From NCBI GenBank assembly GCA_000092065.1, contig CP000583.1: a stretch of DNA of 64,000 nucleotides; one strand, written 5' to 3'. The translations under genes and the position numbers were made by a program. The DNA is from Ostreococcus lucimarinus (Eukaryota). Shown one piece after another: positions 1 to 11,180 of this stretch. The notes beneath the pieces were generated by a model. It was not told the DNA's origin. It made no database searches and saw only the letters and a program-made list of their open reading frames with translations. Each line of letters opens with the position of its first letter. Position 1 is the first letter of the stretch.

Positions 1-1
1 G

Positions 2-601
2 ACGACGTTGGCGTACGGGCAGATCAGTTTGAGTGAAGACGACGGAGGAAAGGCGACGGTCGAGATACGGCAGGCGACGAGCGGTGCGGACGTCGTGGAC
101 GTCGGCAACGTGTTGAGTTACGTCGCCGTCACGGTGCCGTTTGGTCTGCGAGTGTCGCAAATTTACGAGAGCGGCGGCGAATTGTTGTACGGCTTTGGGT
201 TTTTCGATATGCGCTCGCCCGGCGGTATTCCAGTGCGTGGGCAAGTGGCGACTAGACGAGATCCGCTGGAAGTGGTGGCGTTGAACGTAAAGAACGTGCG
301 CGAGGCTGAGAAATTCCTCGTCGCCGAGTACGGCTTTGAATCCGTTAAGCCTCTCGACGCGAATTCTTACGCCCCAAAATCTCCCAACGGCTCGCGTTTG
401 CTTTACTTCACCAGCCCGACGAAAACGTTTACGGTTATTTTACAACCCTGGCGAGAGAAGACGCCCTTGCGTCTCGGCGACACCTTGCGAGGCGTCGTCG
501 TCGCGCGCGGCGGCGATTTCGCCCGCGCCGACGTCGTCGCCGACCCCCGCGTCGCGGGCGTCCCGTTCCAATCTCGCCCGCTCGCCCCAGAATTTATTTA
601 A
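2..601 (+). CDS. 3'-terminal part of a gene entering from upstream of the window; hypothetical protein, function unknown
   Basis: ORF is open to the window edge with no upstream stop. The 197 aa are non-repetitive and protein-like. No confident family assignment. Confidence 0.35.
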   Translation, partial: TTLAYGQISLSEDDGGKATVEIRQATSGADVVDVGNVLSYVAVTVPFGLRVSQIYESGGELLYGFGFFDMRSPGGIPVRGQVATRRDPLEVVALNVKNVREAEKFLVAEYGFESVKPLDANSYAPKSPNGSRLLYFTSPTKTFTVILQPWREKTPLRLGDTLRGVVVARGGDFARADVVADPRVAGVPFQSRPLAPEFI

Positions 602-909
602 TACGCATTGGATCGTCCATCATCGCTTGCCGGCGTGCCGCGCACCATCATCGCGCGCGCGTAGACGCGCTCCCTTCCCGCCTCGCGCGTGGTGCCTTCT
701 CATGGGGGCCATTAAACAGTTTCAACAGTTTCTTCCTACGCGTCGACGTCACCTATATACGAATCGACACATGGAAACCGAACGCACCTCGATTTCACAT
801 ATAACCCCCCCCAAAACGCCATGACGCGTATTTTTGTCTGTCTCGATCCCACATCCGACGCCGCCCGAGCCGACGACATCATTCGTCGACGCGGAACGCA
901 CTCGTCACC

Positions 910-2211
910 ATGTCCACCGAAACCGAACGCAGTTCGTTCGCCGTCAAGGCTGGCTTAGCGCAGGTACGCATCGTCGATAATTCTTACGCGTCGCGTCGTC
1001 GCGAGGTCGAGAGACGCGCGCGCGGGATGCGACGCGGGACGTCGCGAGCGCGACGCCGTCATCGCCCCTAGGTCCTCGACGATGGCGTCGACGGCGCGAT
1101 GGCGACGCACGCGACGCGCGATGGCGCACGACGCCGCGACGACGCGAACGGGGCGTTTTATTTACGCGAACGGCGTCGCGCGTCGCGCGCGGGCGACGCG
1201 TCGTCGGGGCGAAGGCGCGGACGATGCAACCATCGTCCGCGGACGTCATCGGGACGTCACGCTTTTTCGGCGAGGACAGGTTTGGTTTGGCTGTCTGTGT
1301 TTTGGTGTTGTATGCGCGCGAGACGCGGTTGGGTTCGACGACTGACGAGACGTGGTGTGGATACGACGACGCAGATGCTCAAGGGCGGCGTGATCATGGA
1401 CGTCGTGAACGTCGAGCAGGCGCGCATCGCGGAGGAGGCGGGCGCCGTCGCCGTCATGGCGCTCGAGCGCGTGCCGGCGGACATTCGCAAGGATGGCGGC
1501 GTGGCGCGCATGTCTGATCCGACGATGATCAAGGCTATTAAGGAAGCGGTGACGATTCCGGTCATGGCGAAGGCTCGCATTGGGCACTTTGTCGAGGCGC
1601 AAGTGCTCGAGGCGGTGGGGATCGACTACATTGATGAGTCTGAAGTTTTGACGCCGGCGGATGAAATTAACCACTTGAACAAGCACAAGTTCAAGGTGCC
1701 GGTGCTTTGCGGATGCCGCGATCTCGGTGAAGCGCTTCGACGCATCGCCGAGGGTTCTTCCATGATCCGCACCAAGGGTGAAGCTGGTACGGGTAACGTC
1801 GTCGAGGCTGTTCGCCACTGCCGCGCCGTCATGGGCGACATTCGTCGCTTGTGCGCCATGGACGAGGACGAAGTCTTCGTGTACGCCAAGGAGATTCGCG
1901 CCCCGCTCGAACTCGTGCAGCAAACCAGAAAGCTCGGTCGTTTGCCCGTGGTGAACTTCGCCGCCGGTGGTGTCGCCACCCCGGCTGACGCCGCTTTGAT
2001 GATGCAGCTCGGTATGGATGGTGTTTTTGTCGGTTCTGGGATTTTCAAGTCTGGCGATCCCGCCAAGCGCGCGCGCGCTATCGTGCAAGCCGTCACCCAC
2101 TACAACGACCCGAAGATCATTGCCGAAGTTTCGCAAGGATTGGGCGAAGCTATGGTCGGCATTGACTGCAAGGAGCAAAATTTCGTCTCCTACGCGGGCC
2201 GATCCGAATAG
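910..2211 (+). CDS. PDX1: Pyridoxal 5'-phosphate synthase subunit PDX1/SNZ (PdxS); two exons 910..963 and 1375..2211 with a 411-nt intron GTACGC...ACGCAG
   Basis: Exon 2 encodes [38 protein letters not shown]... and the [16 protein letters not shown] motif typical of PdxS. An upstream ATG at 910 encodes [18 protein letters not shown], matching the conserved PDX1 N-terminus (..VKVGLAQMLRGGVIMDV). It joins in frame across GT...AG. Confidence 0.85.
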
Positions 2212-2331
2212 GATACCAGGCGCGGCGACTCTGATTATTTTACGCGACGATAAGGATTTTAGCACTTTAAAATTTCGAAATAAGACAATCTGTACGACAT
2301 GCAATGCTATGTGCGCTAAGAGACTCCCCGA

Positions 2332-3441
2332 CTAGTCGTCGCCGCCGAAAAACGTCCGCGCCATGCCTTTGCGCTTTTGCTTGCGTTCGCTATCGGCGCG
2401 TCTCGGTTTTTTCTTCTTGTTCTTCTGCGCGCTCTCGGTCGGTTGCGGGCGTTTCTTCATGCCTTTTTTCACGAAAGGTTGATTCTTCCCTTCTTTTAAG
2501 AACTTCTGCTTCCTCTCGAGCTGCTTTTCGTTGAAGTGCTTGGCCTTTTTCGTCGCGCTCTTGCCCGCGTCCTTGTTTGTTTTAGAGCTACTCGTCTTGT
2601 TCGTCGCCAACAACGCCTCCGCCGCGCGCCGCGCGCGCTCAATTTTCAAGAAACCGGGAACATCACCTTCGTCGTCATCGCTTTCGTCTTCGCTCGAGGA
2701 GAATCGTCCGCCGAGCGTGTCTTCGTCGTCGCCGCCGCCGGCTTCTCGCATCGCCTTGGCGCGCGCCTTGCGTTCCGCCTTTTCAGTCTGATTTCGCTCC
2801 CTCTTCACGTCCCCGGTCTCCGCTCCGACCTTGACGGCGAGATCTTTCAAATTACCCCTCGACATCGCGTCGTGCTCGAACTGACACTCCTCCCCGAACC
2901 GACACCGTCCCATGTTTAACCAATCCAAGCACGCGCCCGCGCTTCGCGCCTCGTGCACCTTGGTCGCGTACTCCAATCTCGCCTCTTTCCGTTCCTTATC
3001 CCTCGCCTCCCTCGCCTCGCGCTCTTTCCGACTCGCATTTATCCTCTCCTTCGCCTCGCGCTTTCGCAATCGCGCCTCGGCGACGCCCTCCGCCCCTCCG
3101 CTCTTCTCAAACTTGGCGCGTTGCGTCGCCTTTGTCTTCGTCCACGCCTCGCGCACGCGTCGCGCGCGTTCGACCTCATCCTTCGCACCGTCGTCGCCGT
3201 CCTCGACCTCGCACGCGCGGTCGAGCACGTTCAACAGGTGTCCTTTGCTGTCCAGCAATCGCAGCGCGTCGGCGTGCGCGTCGCCCTCGCGTCGTCCGCG
3301 CGCGCGCGCCAGTTTCGCCCACGACGCGTAGTCTCTCGAACTCTCGACGAGCGCGCGGGCGAAGTCGTCCTCCGCGCGCACGGCGCGCCCGAGGAGGGCG
3401 ACGAAGGCGTTCTTCTTGCCCTTACCGACGCCAGCCACCAT
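2332..3441 (-). CDS. Lys/Arg/Glu-rich protein with a CCCH (C-x5-C-x..C-x3-H) zinc finger, nucleic-acid-binding type
   Basis: Contains CLDWLNMGRCRFGEECQFEHD and highly charged K/E tails. First ATG (MVAGVGKGKK) is at 3441. The ORF start at 3531 is a non-ATG extension. Confidence 0.55.
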   Translation of the reverse strand: MVAGVGKGKKNAFVALLGRAVRAEDDFARALVESSRDYASWAKLARARGRREGDAHADALRLLDSKGHLLNVLDRACEVEDGDDGAKDEVERARRVREAWTKTKATQRAKFEKSGGAEGVAEARLRKREAKERINASRKEREAREARDKERKEARLEYATKVHEARSAGACLDWLNMGRCRFGEECQFEHDAMSRGNLKDLAVKVGAETGDVKRERNQTEKAERKARAKAMREAGGGDDEDTLGGRFSSSEDESDDDEGDVPGFLKIERARRAAEALLATNKTSSSKTNKDAGKSATKKAKHFNEKQLERKQKFLKEGKNQPFVKKGMKKRPQPTESAQKNKKKKPRRADSERKQKRKGMARTFFGGDD

Positions 3442-3836
3442 GGCGAGCGACCGCGCGCGTCGCGTCGGCGCGTGACGCGCGCGGTTCGAGGCGCGCGGTG
3501 GACATGACGGCGGCGGTGGGAAAACTGACAAAACTCGCCCTTATTAGGTAACAACCAAAGGAAAAAAATTGAAATTGTATCTCAAAGATAATAAGCACTG
3601 ACATACGAACGAAAGGAACGCGCCGCACCCGTCTCGCATCGCGCGCGCCGTGAGCTTACGGGTTCTTCGGCGCGCCGAACTCGCTGACATTTGATTGAAA
3701 GTCTTCGTCGTCGCGCTACAGTTAACATCGTATACATACTTCGCCGCTACTCGCTAGTGATCGCGCCGCGACCATGCGCGCACACTAATTGTGCGCGCAC
3801 CGATCGCGCGTCGTCGTCGTCACCCTCTACGCGCGC

Positions 3837-4379
3837 TCATCGCGCCGCGGCGCGTCGTCCAGCCTGCATCGCCGCGATCGTCTCGCTCGACGACTTTTTG
3901 TACTCGAACAATTCCTCGATCAGCGCCGACATGTCCACCATCGTCCTGTGTTGCGTGTCTATGATATCGCACAACTGCGCGCGTTCGTTCGCCGCGTCTT
4001 CCCGTCTCTTCTCATCCTTCGCGTTCGATTTTTCCACCTCCCACCACACCGCGCCGCCGGCGACGGCGAACACGAACGCCTCCCCCACGAATTCGCTCGC
4101 CGCCTGCAGCGCCGCGTCTTCGCTCATGTTCGCCTTCGCCATCGCCCGCTTCGCCTCGTTCCTCGCCTTCCTCGACGTCGTTCCGGGTTCACCGCTCACC
4201 GCGCCGCTCGCCGCGTCGTCGCGCGCCAGAAACGCCATCCACTTCGCCGTCGCGCGCGCGCTCTCGATGGCGTACGCGCGCGCCGTCGGCGACTCCTCCA
4301 TCGCCGTTCGCAACCGCTTCGCCAGCGGTTTCGACGCCGTCTTCACGATGAGCGTGAACGCCTTTATGTACAGCGCCAT
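3837..4379 (-). CDS. OPA3: OPA3-like protein (optic atrophy 3 family)
   Basis: [24 protein letters not shown]...[19 protein letters not shown] resembles OPA3 [20 protein letters not shown]...GEATIFIVGGGCLVLEYWR. ATG is at 4379. The longer ORF up to 5186 is antisense to the SF3B1 5' region. Confidence 0.7.
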   Translation of the reverse strand: MALYIKAFTLIVKTASKPLAKRLRTAMEESPTARAYAIESARATAKWMAFLARDDAASGAVSGEPGTTSRKARNEAKRAMAKANMSEDAALQAASEFVGEAFVFAVAGGAVWWEVEKSNAKDEKRREDAANERAQLCDIIDTQHRTMVDMSALIEELFEYKKSSSETIAAMQAGRRAAAR

Positions 4380-4505
4380 GTCGGCGTCGCTCGCGTCGCG
4401 GCGCGCGCGTGCGCCGCGCGGCGCGCACTGCGGCGGCGTGGAATGCGCCGGCGCGCGCGTCCTTCGCGCTTCAATCCGCGACGCGACGCGACGCCGCGCG
4501 CGCGC

Positions 4506-7500
4506 ATGGGCGCCAACGCGCGCTCGCGATCGCCCGCGTCCGCGTCGCGACGCGCGACGCGCGCGAACGACGCCGAGGGCGACGCCGAGGGCGACGACGA
4601 CGACGCGCGCGAGATCGCGCGATTGCAGCGCGAGCGACGCGCGCTGGACGACGCGACGACGACGTCGCGCGACGCGAGGAAGGGCGATGACGCGCTCGAC
4701 GACGAACGAAACGACGCGCGCGAGGCGACGACGCGCGCGACGCGGACGGTGAAGGCGCCGCCGCGCGCGTACGCGCCGACGGCGGAGACGCTCGCGGGCG
4801 CGCCGCTGGACGCGGAGGAGGACGAAGATCTGGAGAGCGACGAAGCGCTCGGGTTCGGGAAATCGCGACGGGTGATCGATCGAGAGAGCGATTACTCGAA
4901 GCGACGGTTCAAGCGACGGCTGAGTCCGGGGAAAAAGGGGGAGGTGCGCGGCGACGAGACGCGAGGGCGACGAGACGCGCGAGAGGCTAGGTTTTGGGAG
5001 ACGACGACGACGCGCGATCGCGGACGACGCGCGCGATGCGTGAGACTGACGGAAAATGCGACGCAACGCGCGGGTTTTGCCTCGACGCAGGACGGAGACG
5101 AAGGACGAAGCTATGCCGAACGCATGAAGGAGGCGGCGGTGGAGCGAGAGCGCGACAACACGCTGCGAAACATTGAAAAGAAGCAACGAGAAGAGGCGGA
5201 ACGCGCGGCGGACGAGGCGCGACTCGCCGCGGCGCGAGCGAGCGAACCCGCGGCATCGTCGGCGAGGCCAGAGAAGCGCAAGCGACGATGGGACGCGAAA
5301 CCGGACGACAGCGCGGCGCGAAGCGGGCAGGCGCCGGCGCCGGCGCGCGTGAGCGAGTGGGAAAGCGACGACAGCGCGGCGACTGGGACGAAGTGGGACG
5401 ACGCCACGCCGCAGCGCCCATCAGAGTGGGAAACGATGGAAAGCGGCACGCGAGCGGCGGACGTCAAACCGACGCCGCGACGCTCGAGAAGCCGTTGGGA
5501 CGAGACGCCGATGATTCGCGCGGGTGGCGATCCGAGCGCCACGCCGGCGTGGACGGGTGGCGAGACGCCCGTCATCGCCGCCGGTGGGGAGACGCCGAAA
5601 ATCACGGCTGGTATGGCGACGCCATCTGCAGCGCAAATCGCCGCGCACGCCGCCATGCAATCGAACGTTCCTTTGACGCCCGAGCAGTATCAGCAGATGC
5701 GTTTTCAACGGGAAATCGAAGAGCGCAACCGACCGCAGACGGATGAGGAACTCGACGAGTTGTTGCCGTCCGAAGGGTACAAGATTCTCGAGCCACCGGC
5801 GAGCTACGTGCCCATTCGCACGCCTGCGCGTAAGCTCATGCAAACGCCGATGCCGTACGGCTCAAACGCCGGCTTTTTCAGCATTCCCGAGGAGGATCGC
5901 GGGCAAAAATTTGACGTCGCCCTCGTCCCCGAAGGTTTGCCGGAGATGAAACCCGAGGACGTGCAGTACTTTGCACCTTTGTTGAAAGAAACGGACGAGG
6001 AAGCCTTGACGATCGAAGAGCAGAAGGAGCGCAAGATTATGCGTTTGTTACTTCGAGTCAAGAACGGGACGCCGCAGCAGCGCAAGACGTCGCTTCGTCA
6101 AATCACCGATCGCGCCAAAGAGTTCGGCGCCGGACCGTTGTTCAACCAGATTTTACCTTTGCTCATGTCGCCGACGTTGGAAGATCAAGAGCGTCACTTA
6201 CTCGTCAAGGTGATTGATCGCATCTTGTACAAGCTCGACGACTTGGTGCGCCCCTACGTGCACAAGATTCTCGTCGTCATCGAACCTTTGTTGATTGATG
6301 AGGACTACTACGCCCGCGTCGAGGGGCGGGAAATCATTAGTAACGTCGCAAAGGCTGCAGGATTAGCGACGATGATCGCCGCTATGCGCCCTGACATTGA
6401 TAACGTGGATGAGTACGTGCGGAACACGACGGCGAGAGCGTTCGCCGTCGTCGCGCAAGCGCTCGGCGTGCAGTCTTTGCTTCCTTTCTTGAAGGCGGTG
6501 TGCCAAAGTAAGAAGAGTTGGCAAGCGCGTCACACGGGCATCAAAATCGTTCAGCAAATCGCAATCCTTCACGGGTGCGCCGTGCTGCCGCACCTCAAAT
6601 CTTTGGTGGACATCATTGAAAACGGTTTGGGCGATGAAAACCAAAAGGTGCGCACCATCACCGCGCTTTCCATCGCCGCGCTCGCTGAGGCTGCGACGCC
6701 GTACGGTATCGAGTCGTTCGATAACGTTCTCAAACCGTTGTGGAAAGGCATTCGCGCACACCGAGGGAAAGTGTTAGCCGCGTTCCTCAAGGCCATCGGT
6801 TTCATCATTCCGCTCATGGACGCGATGTACGCCAACTATTACACCCGCGAGGTCATGGTGATTCTGATTCGTGAATTCGCTACTGCGGACGAAGAGATGA
6901 AGAAAATTACGTTGAAAGTTGTCAAGCAGTGCGTAGCCACCGACGGGGTCGAGCCAGAGTACATTCGAGCCGAAGTCATGCCTGAATTCTTCAAACATTT
7001 CTGGGTTCGACGCATGGCTCTCGATCGACGCAACTATCAACAGCTCGTGGAGACGACGTTGGAGGTTTCCTTAAAAGTCGGTGCCGCGGAAATCATCGGG
7101 CGAATCGTGGAAGATTTGAAGGATGAGTCCGAGCCTTATCGCCGTATGGTGATGGAAACAATCACCAAGGTGATTGAAGAGCTTGGTACGGCGGACGTGG
7201 ACACTCGCATGGAGGAACTCCTGATTGACGGCATGCTGTACGCCTTTCAAGAGCAAACGTCGGATGAGAATGATATCATGCTCAAGGGCGTCGGTACCAT
7301 CGTCAACGCCCTTGGACTTCGTGCGAAGCCGTACTTGCCCCAAATTTGCGGTACGATCAAATGGCGCATGAACAACAAAAGCGCCGACATTCGCGAACAA
7401 GCGGCTGATTTGATCAGCGCCATCGCTCCCGTGATGCGCAAGTGCGAAGAAGAGCAACTTCTCGGGCACTTGGGGGTCGTTTTGTACGAGTACCTCGGTG

Positions 7501-8465
7501 AAGAATATCCCGAAGTTTTGGGTTCGATTCTTGGCGCGTTGAAGGCGATCGTGAGCGTGCAAGGAATGACGCGAATGACGCCGCCGATTAAGGATCTTCT
7601 CCCGCGATTGACGCCAATTTTGAAGAATAGGCACGAGAAGGTGCAAGAGAACACGATCGATTTGATCGGTCGAATTGCCGATCGAGGTGCGGAGTACGTC
7701 GCCGCGCGCGAGTGGATGCGAATTTGCTTTGAACTTTTAGAATTGTTGAAGGCGCCGAAGAAGGCGATTCGCCGCGCGACGGTGAACACGTTTGGTTACA
7801 TCGCCAAGGCGATTGGTCCGCAAGACGTGCTCGCGACGCTTTTGAACAACCTCAAGGTACAAGAGCGTCAAATGCGCGTGTGTACGACTGTGGCGATCGC
7901 AATCGTTGCGGAAACGTGCGCGCCGTTTACCGTGCTACCGGCGCTCATGAATGAGTACCGCGTGCCCGAGCTCAACGTGCAAAACGGCGTGCTGAAATCG
8001 TTGGCGTTTTTGTTCGAGTACATTGGAGAGATGGGAAAGGATTACATCTACGCCGTCACGCCGCTGCTCGAAGACGCGCTCATGGATCGAGATCTGGTAC
8101 ACCGCCAAACTGCGGCGGTGACGGTAAAGCATCTCGCCTTGGGATGCGCTGGTCTTGGATGCGAAGACGCCGTGACGCATCTGATCAATTACACTTGGCC
8201 CAACGTATTTGAGCCGTCGCCGCACGTCATCAACGCTGTGACGGAGGCGATCGAAGCCGCACGAGTGGCGCTCGGACCACATTTCGTACTCGCATACACG
8301 TTGCAAGGGCTATTCCATCCCGCACGCAAGGTTCGCGACATTTACTGGAAGATTTACAACACGCTGTACATTTCATCCGAGGATGCTCTCGTGCCGGCAT
8401 ACCCGGCGCTCGACGACGACGGACCGAACACGTACCGTCGCGTCGAGCTTGACTGTTTCGTGTAG
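4506..8465 (+). CDS. SF3B1: Splicing factor 3B subunit 1 (SF3B1/SAP155), single exon
   Basis: N-terminal [19 protein letters not shown] aligns to human residues 8-27. TP-dipeptide repeats ([16 protein letters not shown]) are followed by a long run of HEAT repeats that is near-identical in character to SF3B1 (..[35 protein letters not shown]..). An alternative ATG lies at 4443. The ORF-track start 3789 is antisense-overlap junk. Confidence 0.9.
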   Translation: MGANARSRSPASASRRATRANDAEGDAEGDDDDAREIARLQRERRALDDATTTSRDARKGDDALDDERNDAREATTRATRTVKAPPRAYAPTAETLAGAPLDAEEDEDLESDEALGFGKSRRVIDRESDYSKRRFKRRLSPGKKGEVRGDETRGRRDAREARFWETTTTRDRGRRARCVRLTENATQRAGFASTQDGDEGRSYAERMKEAAVERERDNTLRNIEKKQREEAERAADEARLAAARASEPAASSARPEKRKRRWDAKPDDSAARSGQAPAPARVSEWESDDSAATGTKWDDATPQRPSEWETMESGTRAADVKPTPRRSRSRWDETPMIRAGGDPSATPAWTGGETPVIAAGGETPKITAGMATPSAAQIAAHAAMQSNVPLTPEQYQQMRFQREIEERNRPQTDEELDELLPSEGYKILEPPASYVPIRTPARKLMQTPMPYGSNAGFFSIPEEDRGQKFDVALVPEGLPEMKPEDVQYFAPLLKETDEEALTIEEQKERKIMRLLLRVKNGTPQQRKTSLRQITDRAKEFGAGPLFNQILPLLMSPTLEDQERHLLVKVIDRILYKLDDLVRPYVHKILVVIEPLLIDEDYYARVEGREIISNVAKAAGLATMIAAMRPDIDNVDEYVRNTTARAFAVVAQALGVQSLLPFLKAVCQSKKSWQARHTGIKIVQQIAILHGCAVLPHLKSLVDIIENGLGDENQKVRTITALSIAALAEAATPYGIESFDNVLKPLWKGIRAHRGKVLAAFLKAIGFIIPLMDAMYANYYTREVMVILIREFATADEEMKKITLKVVKQCVATDGVEPEYIRAEVMPEFFKHFWVRRMALDRRNYQQLVETTLEVSLKVGAAEIIGRIVEDLKDESEPYRRMVMETITKVIEELGTADVDTRMEELLIDGMLYAFQEQTSDENDIMLKGVGTIVNALGLRAKPYLPQICGTIKWRMNNKSADIREQAADLISAIAPVMRKCEEEQLLGHLGVVLYEYLGEEYPEVLGSILGALKAIVSVQGMTRMTPPIKDLLPRLTPILKNRHEKVQENTIDLIGRIADRGAEYVAAREWMRICFELLELLKAPKKAIRRATVNTFGYIAKAIGPQDVLATLLNNLKVQERQMRVCTTVAIAIVAETCAPFTVLPALMNEYRVPELNVQNGVLKSLAFLFEYIGEMGKDYIYAVTPLLEDALMDRDLVHRQTAAVTVKHLALGCAGLGCEDAVTHLINYTWPNVFEPSPHVINAVTEAIEAARVALGPHFVLAYTLQGLFHPARKVRDIYWKIYNTLYISSEDALVPAYPALDDDGPNTYRRVELDCFV

Positions 8466-8533
8466 AGAAGTATATAGAAATTAGAAGTTCTTCATTACAC
8501 AACACACCGATTTTCCCACCGCAAGCGTCGCCG

Positions 8534-9434
8534 TCAATCGAAATCGCTGTCTTCGTCGTCACTATTCGCTTTGAATCCGCCCGTCCGCATCATGCGCGAC
8601 ATCGCTTCTCTACGTATCTCCTCCACCTCATCCTCGCTATCGCTCTCGTTCTTCTCCGGCTGCACCACCGCATCCGCTTTCAACAATATTCGCTCTAGTT
8701 TCGCCGTGGGGTAATCGTCCTTACCCCCGAGTTCCTCGAACCCAACCAAGCGATCGAACGCGACGCCGTCTTTGAAAAAAATCAAACACGGCAATACCTT
8801 CACTTGCAACTTGGTCACAAAGAACGGCGCGTCCGGTGCCGATATCTTGATAAACTTTGTATCGAAAAACTTCTTCGCCAGCGCGCTTAAATGCTTATCC
8901 ATGATCCTACACCGCTCAAACTCTTGATGATAAAAATGCGCCACGACGCGATGCGTCGTCGTCACCTCTGGCAGGAACTCCTTCTCATCTACCTCGGTCA
9001 GCGTTCCGTGCCCCGTGCGCTCCATCGTCATCCGTCGCTCTTGCGCCTCTTTCATCGCCTGCACGCGCTCGCGATGAATGTCCTCTAAATCAGGATCCTA
9101 CGCGCGACGCGAAAAGTCAACGCGAAAAGTCAGTCTTCCTGTCCTCGCGTCGCGACCACACGACCGCTCCCACCGCGCGTCTGTCGCCTCCAGTCCCGCC
9201 GCGCGTCCGTCGCGTCGCGTCCCACGCGATCGCACTCGCAACCGCGCGCGCGCGCGCGTCGTCGCGCACCTCGCACAACTCCTTGGCGTCTAAAACTCGC
9301 GCCCGCGCCCGCGCTTTCGCGTGCGCATCTTCCCGCGTTTTCTCCTCCATGTAGTTCCTCGCCGCCGCCTCCATCACCGTGCCGTAATTCAGCGAGTGCA
9401 TCGTGTCCCGGAACTTGCCGCCGTCCATGTTCAT
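8534..9434 (-). CDS. TXNDC9: Thioredoxin domain-containing protein 9 / phosducin-like protein (TXNDC9, APACD); two exons 9434..9243 and 9058..8534, intron about 9242..9059
   Basis: Exon 2 carries VVAHFYHQEFERCRIMDKHLSALAKKF...VLPCLIFFKDG, a thioredoxin-fold PhLP, and an acidic SDSEDE tail. Upstream exon MNMDGGKF...DAKELCEVRDDARARA joins to AMKEAQERRMTMERTGHG. This reproduces the human DEDELERLKEKRLQALRKAQQQKQEWLSKGHGEY block length and order. The donor is an unusual GTTGCG and the acceptor is GTGCAG. Confidence 0.7.
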
Positions 9435-9686
9435 CGCGCTCGTTCGCCTCGCGCGTCCGCGAGTGCGGCCGCGTCGCCGCGCGATTGATGACTTTAAACT
9501 TTTGACGCGCGCGCGCGCGCGACACACCTCGACGCGGACGAAGCGCGCGAACGAACGCGCGAACGCGCGAACGCGCGAACGGACGGTCGTCCCCTGACGC
9601 TCGGTCGCGCGCGACGTCGTCGTCGCGTCGTCGTCGTTTCGCATCTTTTTTGGCGTCGAATCGACTTTGGTGTTGCGTCGAGAAGG

Positions 9687-11063
9687 ATGATGTCGGAGGA
9701 GAACGATGCGGGCGCGGAGGACGCGCCGCCGCCGGCGTACGAAAGCATTCACTTCGCCGAGGATGCCGACGCGCTGCCGGAGGTGCCGCGGGATGGATAC
9801 GTGAAAACGAAGACGATCGAGGTGAGCGTGACGAATCCGACCAAAGTCGGCGACGGGTTGACGGCGTACGCGGTGTACACGGTGAGCACCAAGAATAAAG
9901 ATCCGGCGTATAAAAAGGATGAATCCATCGTGGTGAGAAGGTATTCCGACTTTCAGTGGTTGCGCGGACGCTTGTCGACGCTGTACCCAGGCATCGTGTT
10001 GTTTCCGCTGCCGGAGAAGACGGTGACGACGAATCCGTTTCAGAGCGATTTCTTGGAGCATCGTCGAAGCGGTTTGGAGGCGTTCATGAAGAAAGTGGTG
10101 GAACATCCGGGACTCGGAACGTGCGAAGACGTGGTGATGTTCTTAGAGGAACAGGGGGGGAGTTCGTGGGACCAGCGCGCCCCGTGGTATTCGCGCGGCG
10201 CGGTTGGCACCGCGCTCGGAGCCGTGGATTCTTGGTTTCAGTCCATCGGTACGGCGACGGAGACGTGGAGCACGGGCGCGGGGATGGAAAGTGTCATGAT
10301 GGAGGAAGATCCCAAATATCTCGAAGCTACGGAATATTTGTTGCTCCTCGAAGAGCGCCTGAAGCGAGCGCTGAAGAGCGGGGGTGAAATCGTCAACGCG
10401 GTGCAGAATCTCGGCATTTTAACCGGTACGTTTGGAGAAAACGCGCATCACTTAGGCGACTGCGAGGAAAAAGGGGCGAAGATGTTGCTCGGCGATGAGG
10501 CCGGGGGATTAGGGCAAGCGTTCAGACAGGTTGGTTCCGCCGCGTGCACGATGCGGGCGCCGACGGAGGCGCAAGCGGAGCGCTTGGCGAAAGAGTTCCG
10601 CGCGCCGTTGAAACAAGCGCTGCAATACGTGCGCGCGGCGAAAGAATCAATAGACGCGCGCCTCGACGCGTTGTTGAAGCTGCAAGCGTGCCGCGCCAAG
10701 GTGCAGTCCAAGCGCGCCAAGCTTGAACACGCGTTGCACGCGCCGCCGCCGCCGCCGCCGCCGCAACCGACGACAATTTTTGAGCGCCTCTCCGCTGCCG
10801 TCACATCCCCGACGCCCGTCACCGTGGAAGAATTACAGCGCGATGTCGGCCTCGCTGAATCCGCGGTGAACGACGCGCAAGCAAAGTACGACGACATCAA
10901 ATCTCGCATGACCAACGAGCTCCCGCGCGTGCACGCCGAATTAGAACAAGTCATCAACGCCGCCTTCGCGAACTGCGCCGTCACCATGAAGGCGCTCGCC
11001 GAGACGCACGTCGAGGCTTGGGAATCCGTCTTCCCCGGGTGCACCGCCGACGCCGCGGCGTGA
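9687..11063 (+). CDS. PX-BAR sorting nexin (Vps5/SNX1-2-like retromer subunit)
   Basis: PX domain signature RRYSDFQWLRGRLSTLYPGIVLFPLPEK is followed by a long helical BAR-like C-terminus and a poly-Pro linker. Confidence 0.8.
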   Translation: MMSEENDAGAEDAPPPAYESIHFAEDADALPEVPRDGYVKTKTIEVSVTNPTKVGDGLTAYAVYTVSTKNKDPAYKKDESIVVRRYSDFQWLRGRLSTLYPGIVLFPLPEKTVTTNPFQSDFLEHRRSGLEAFMKKVVEHPGLGTCEDVVMFLEEQGGSSWDQRAPWYSRGAVGTALGAVDSWFQSIGTATETWSTGAGMESVMMEEDPKYLEATEYLLLLEERLKRALKSGGEIVNAVQNLGILTGTFGENAHHLGDCEEKGAKMLLGDEAGGLGQAFRQVGSAACTMRAPTEAQAERLAKEFRAPLKQALQYVRAAKESIDARLDALLKLQACRAKVQSKRAKLEHALHAPPPPPPPQPTTIFERLSAAVTSPTPVTVEELQRDVGLAESAVNDAQAKYDDIKSRMTNELPRVHAELEQVINAAFANCAVTMKALAETHVEAWESVFPGCTADAAA

Positions 11064-11180
11064 CCCGGCGCATCCATCAAACGCGTGTAAAAATTACATT
11101 TCGATACGATTTCGCCAAGCGTCTCGCCGCGCTTTGACTGCTCGAGCGCCACGCAATCGTCATTGACGACCGCGTCGCGA

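Noticed and set aside
1246-2304. 352-aa minus-strand ORF overlapping PDX1
   Set aside because: Antisense to a strongly conserved PDX1 exon. His/Arg/Val-rich with no family resemblance. This is the typical long antisense ORF of GC-rich coding DNA.
3789-4505. 5' extension of the SF3B1 ORF (first about 240 codons) and the 3691..4752 ORF
   Set aside because: The track start is a non-ATG codon and the sequence is Arg-rich. It is antisense to the well-conserved OPA3 gene. The SF3B1 homology begins after the ATG at 4506.
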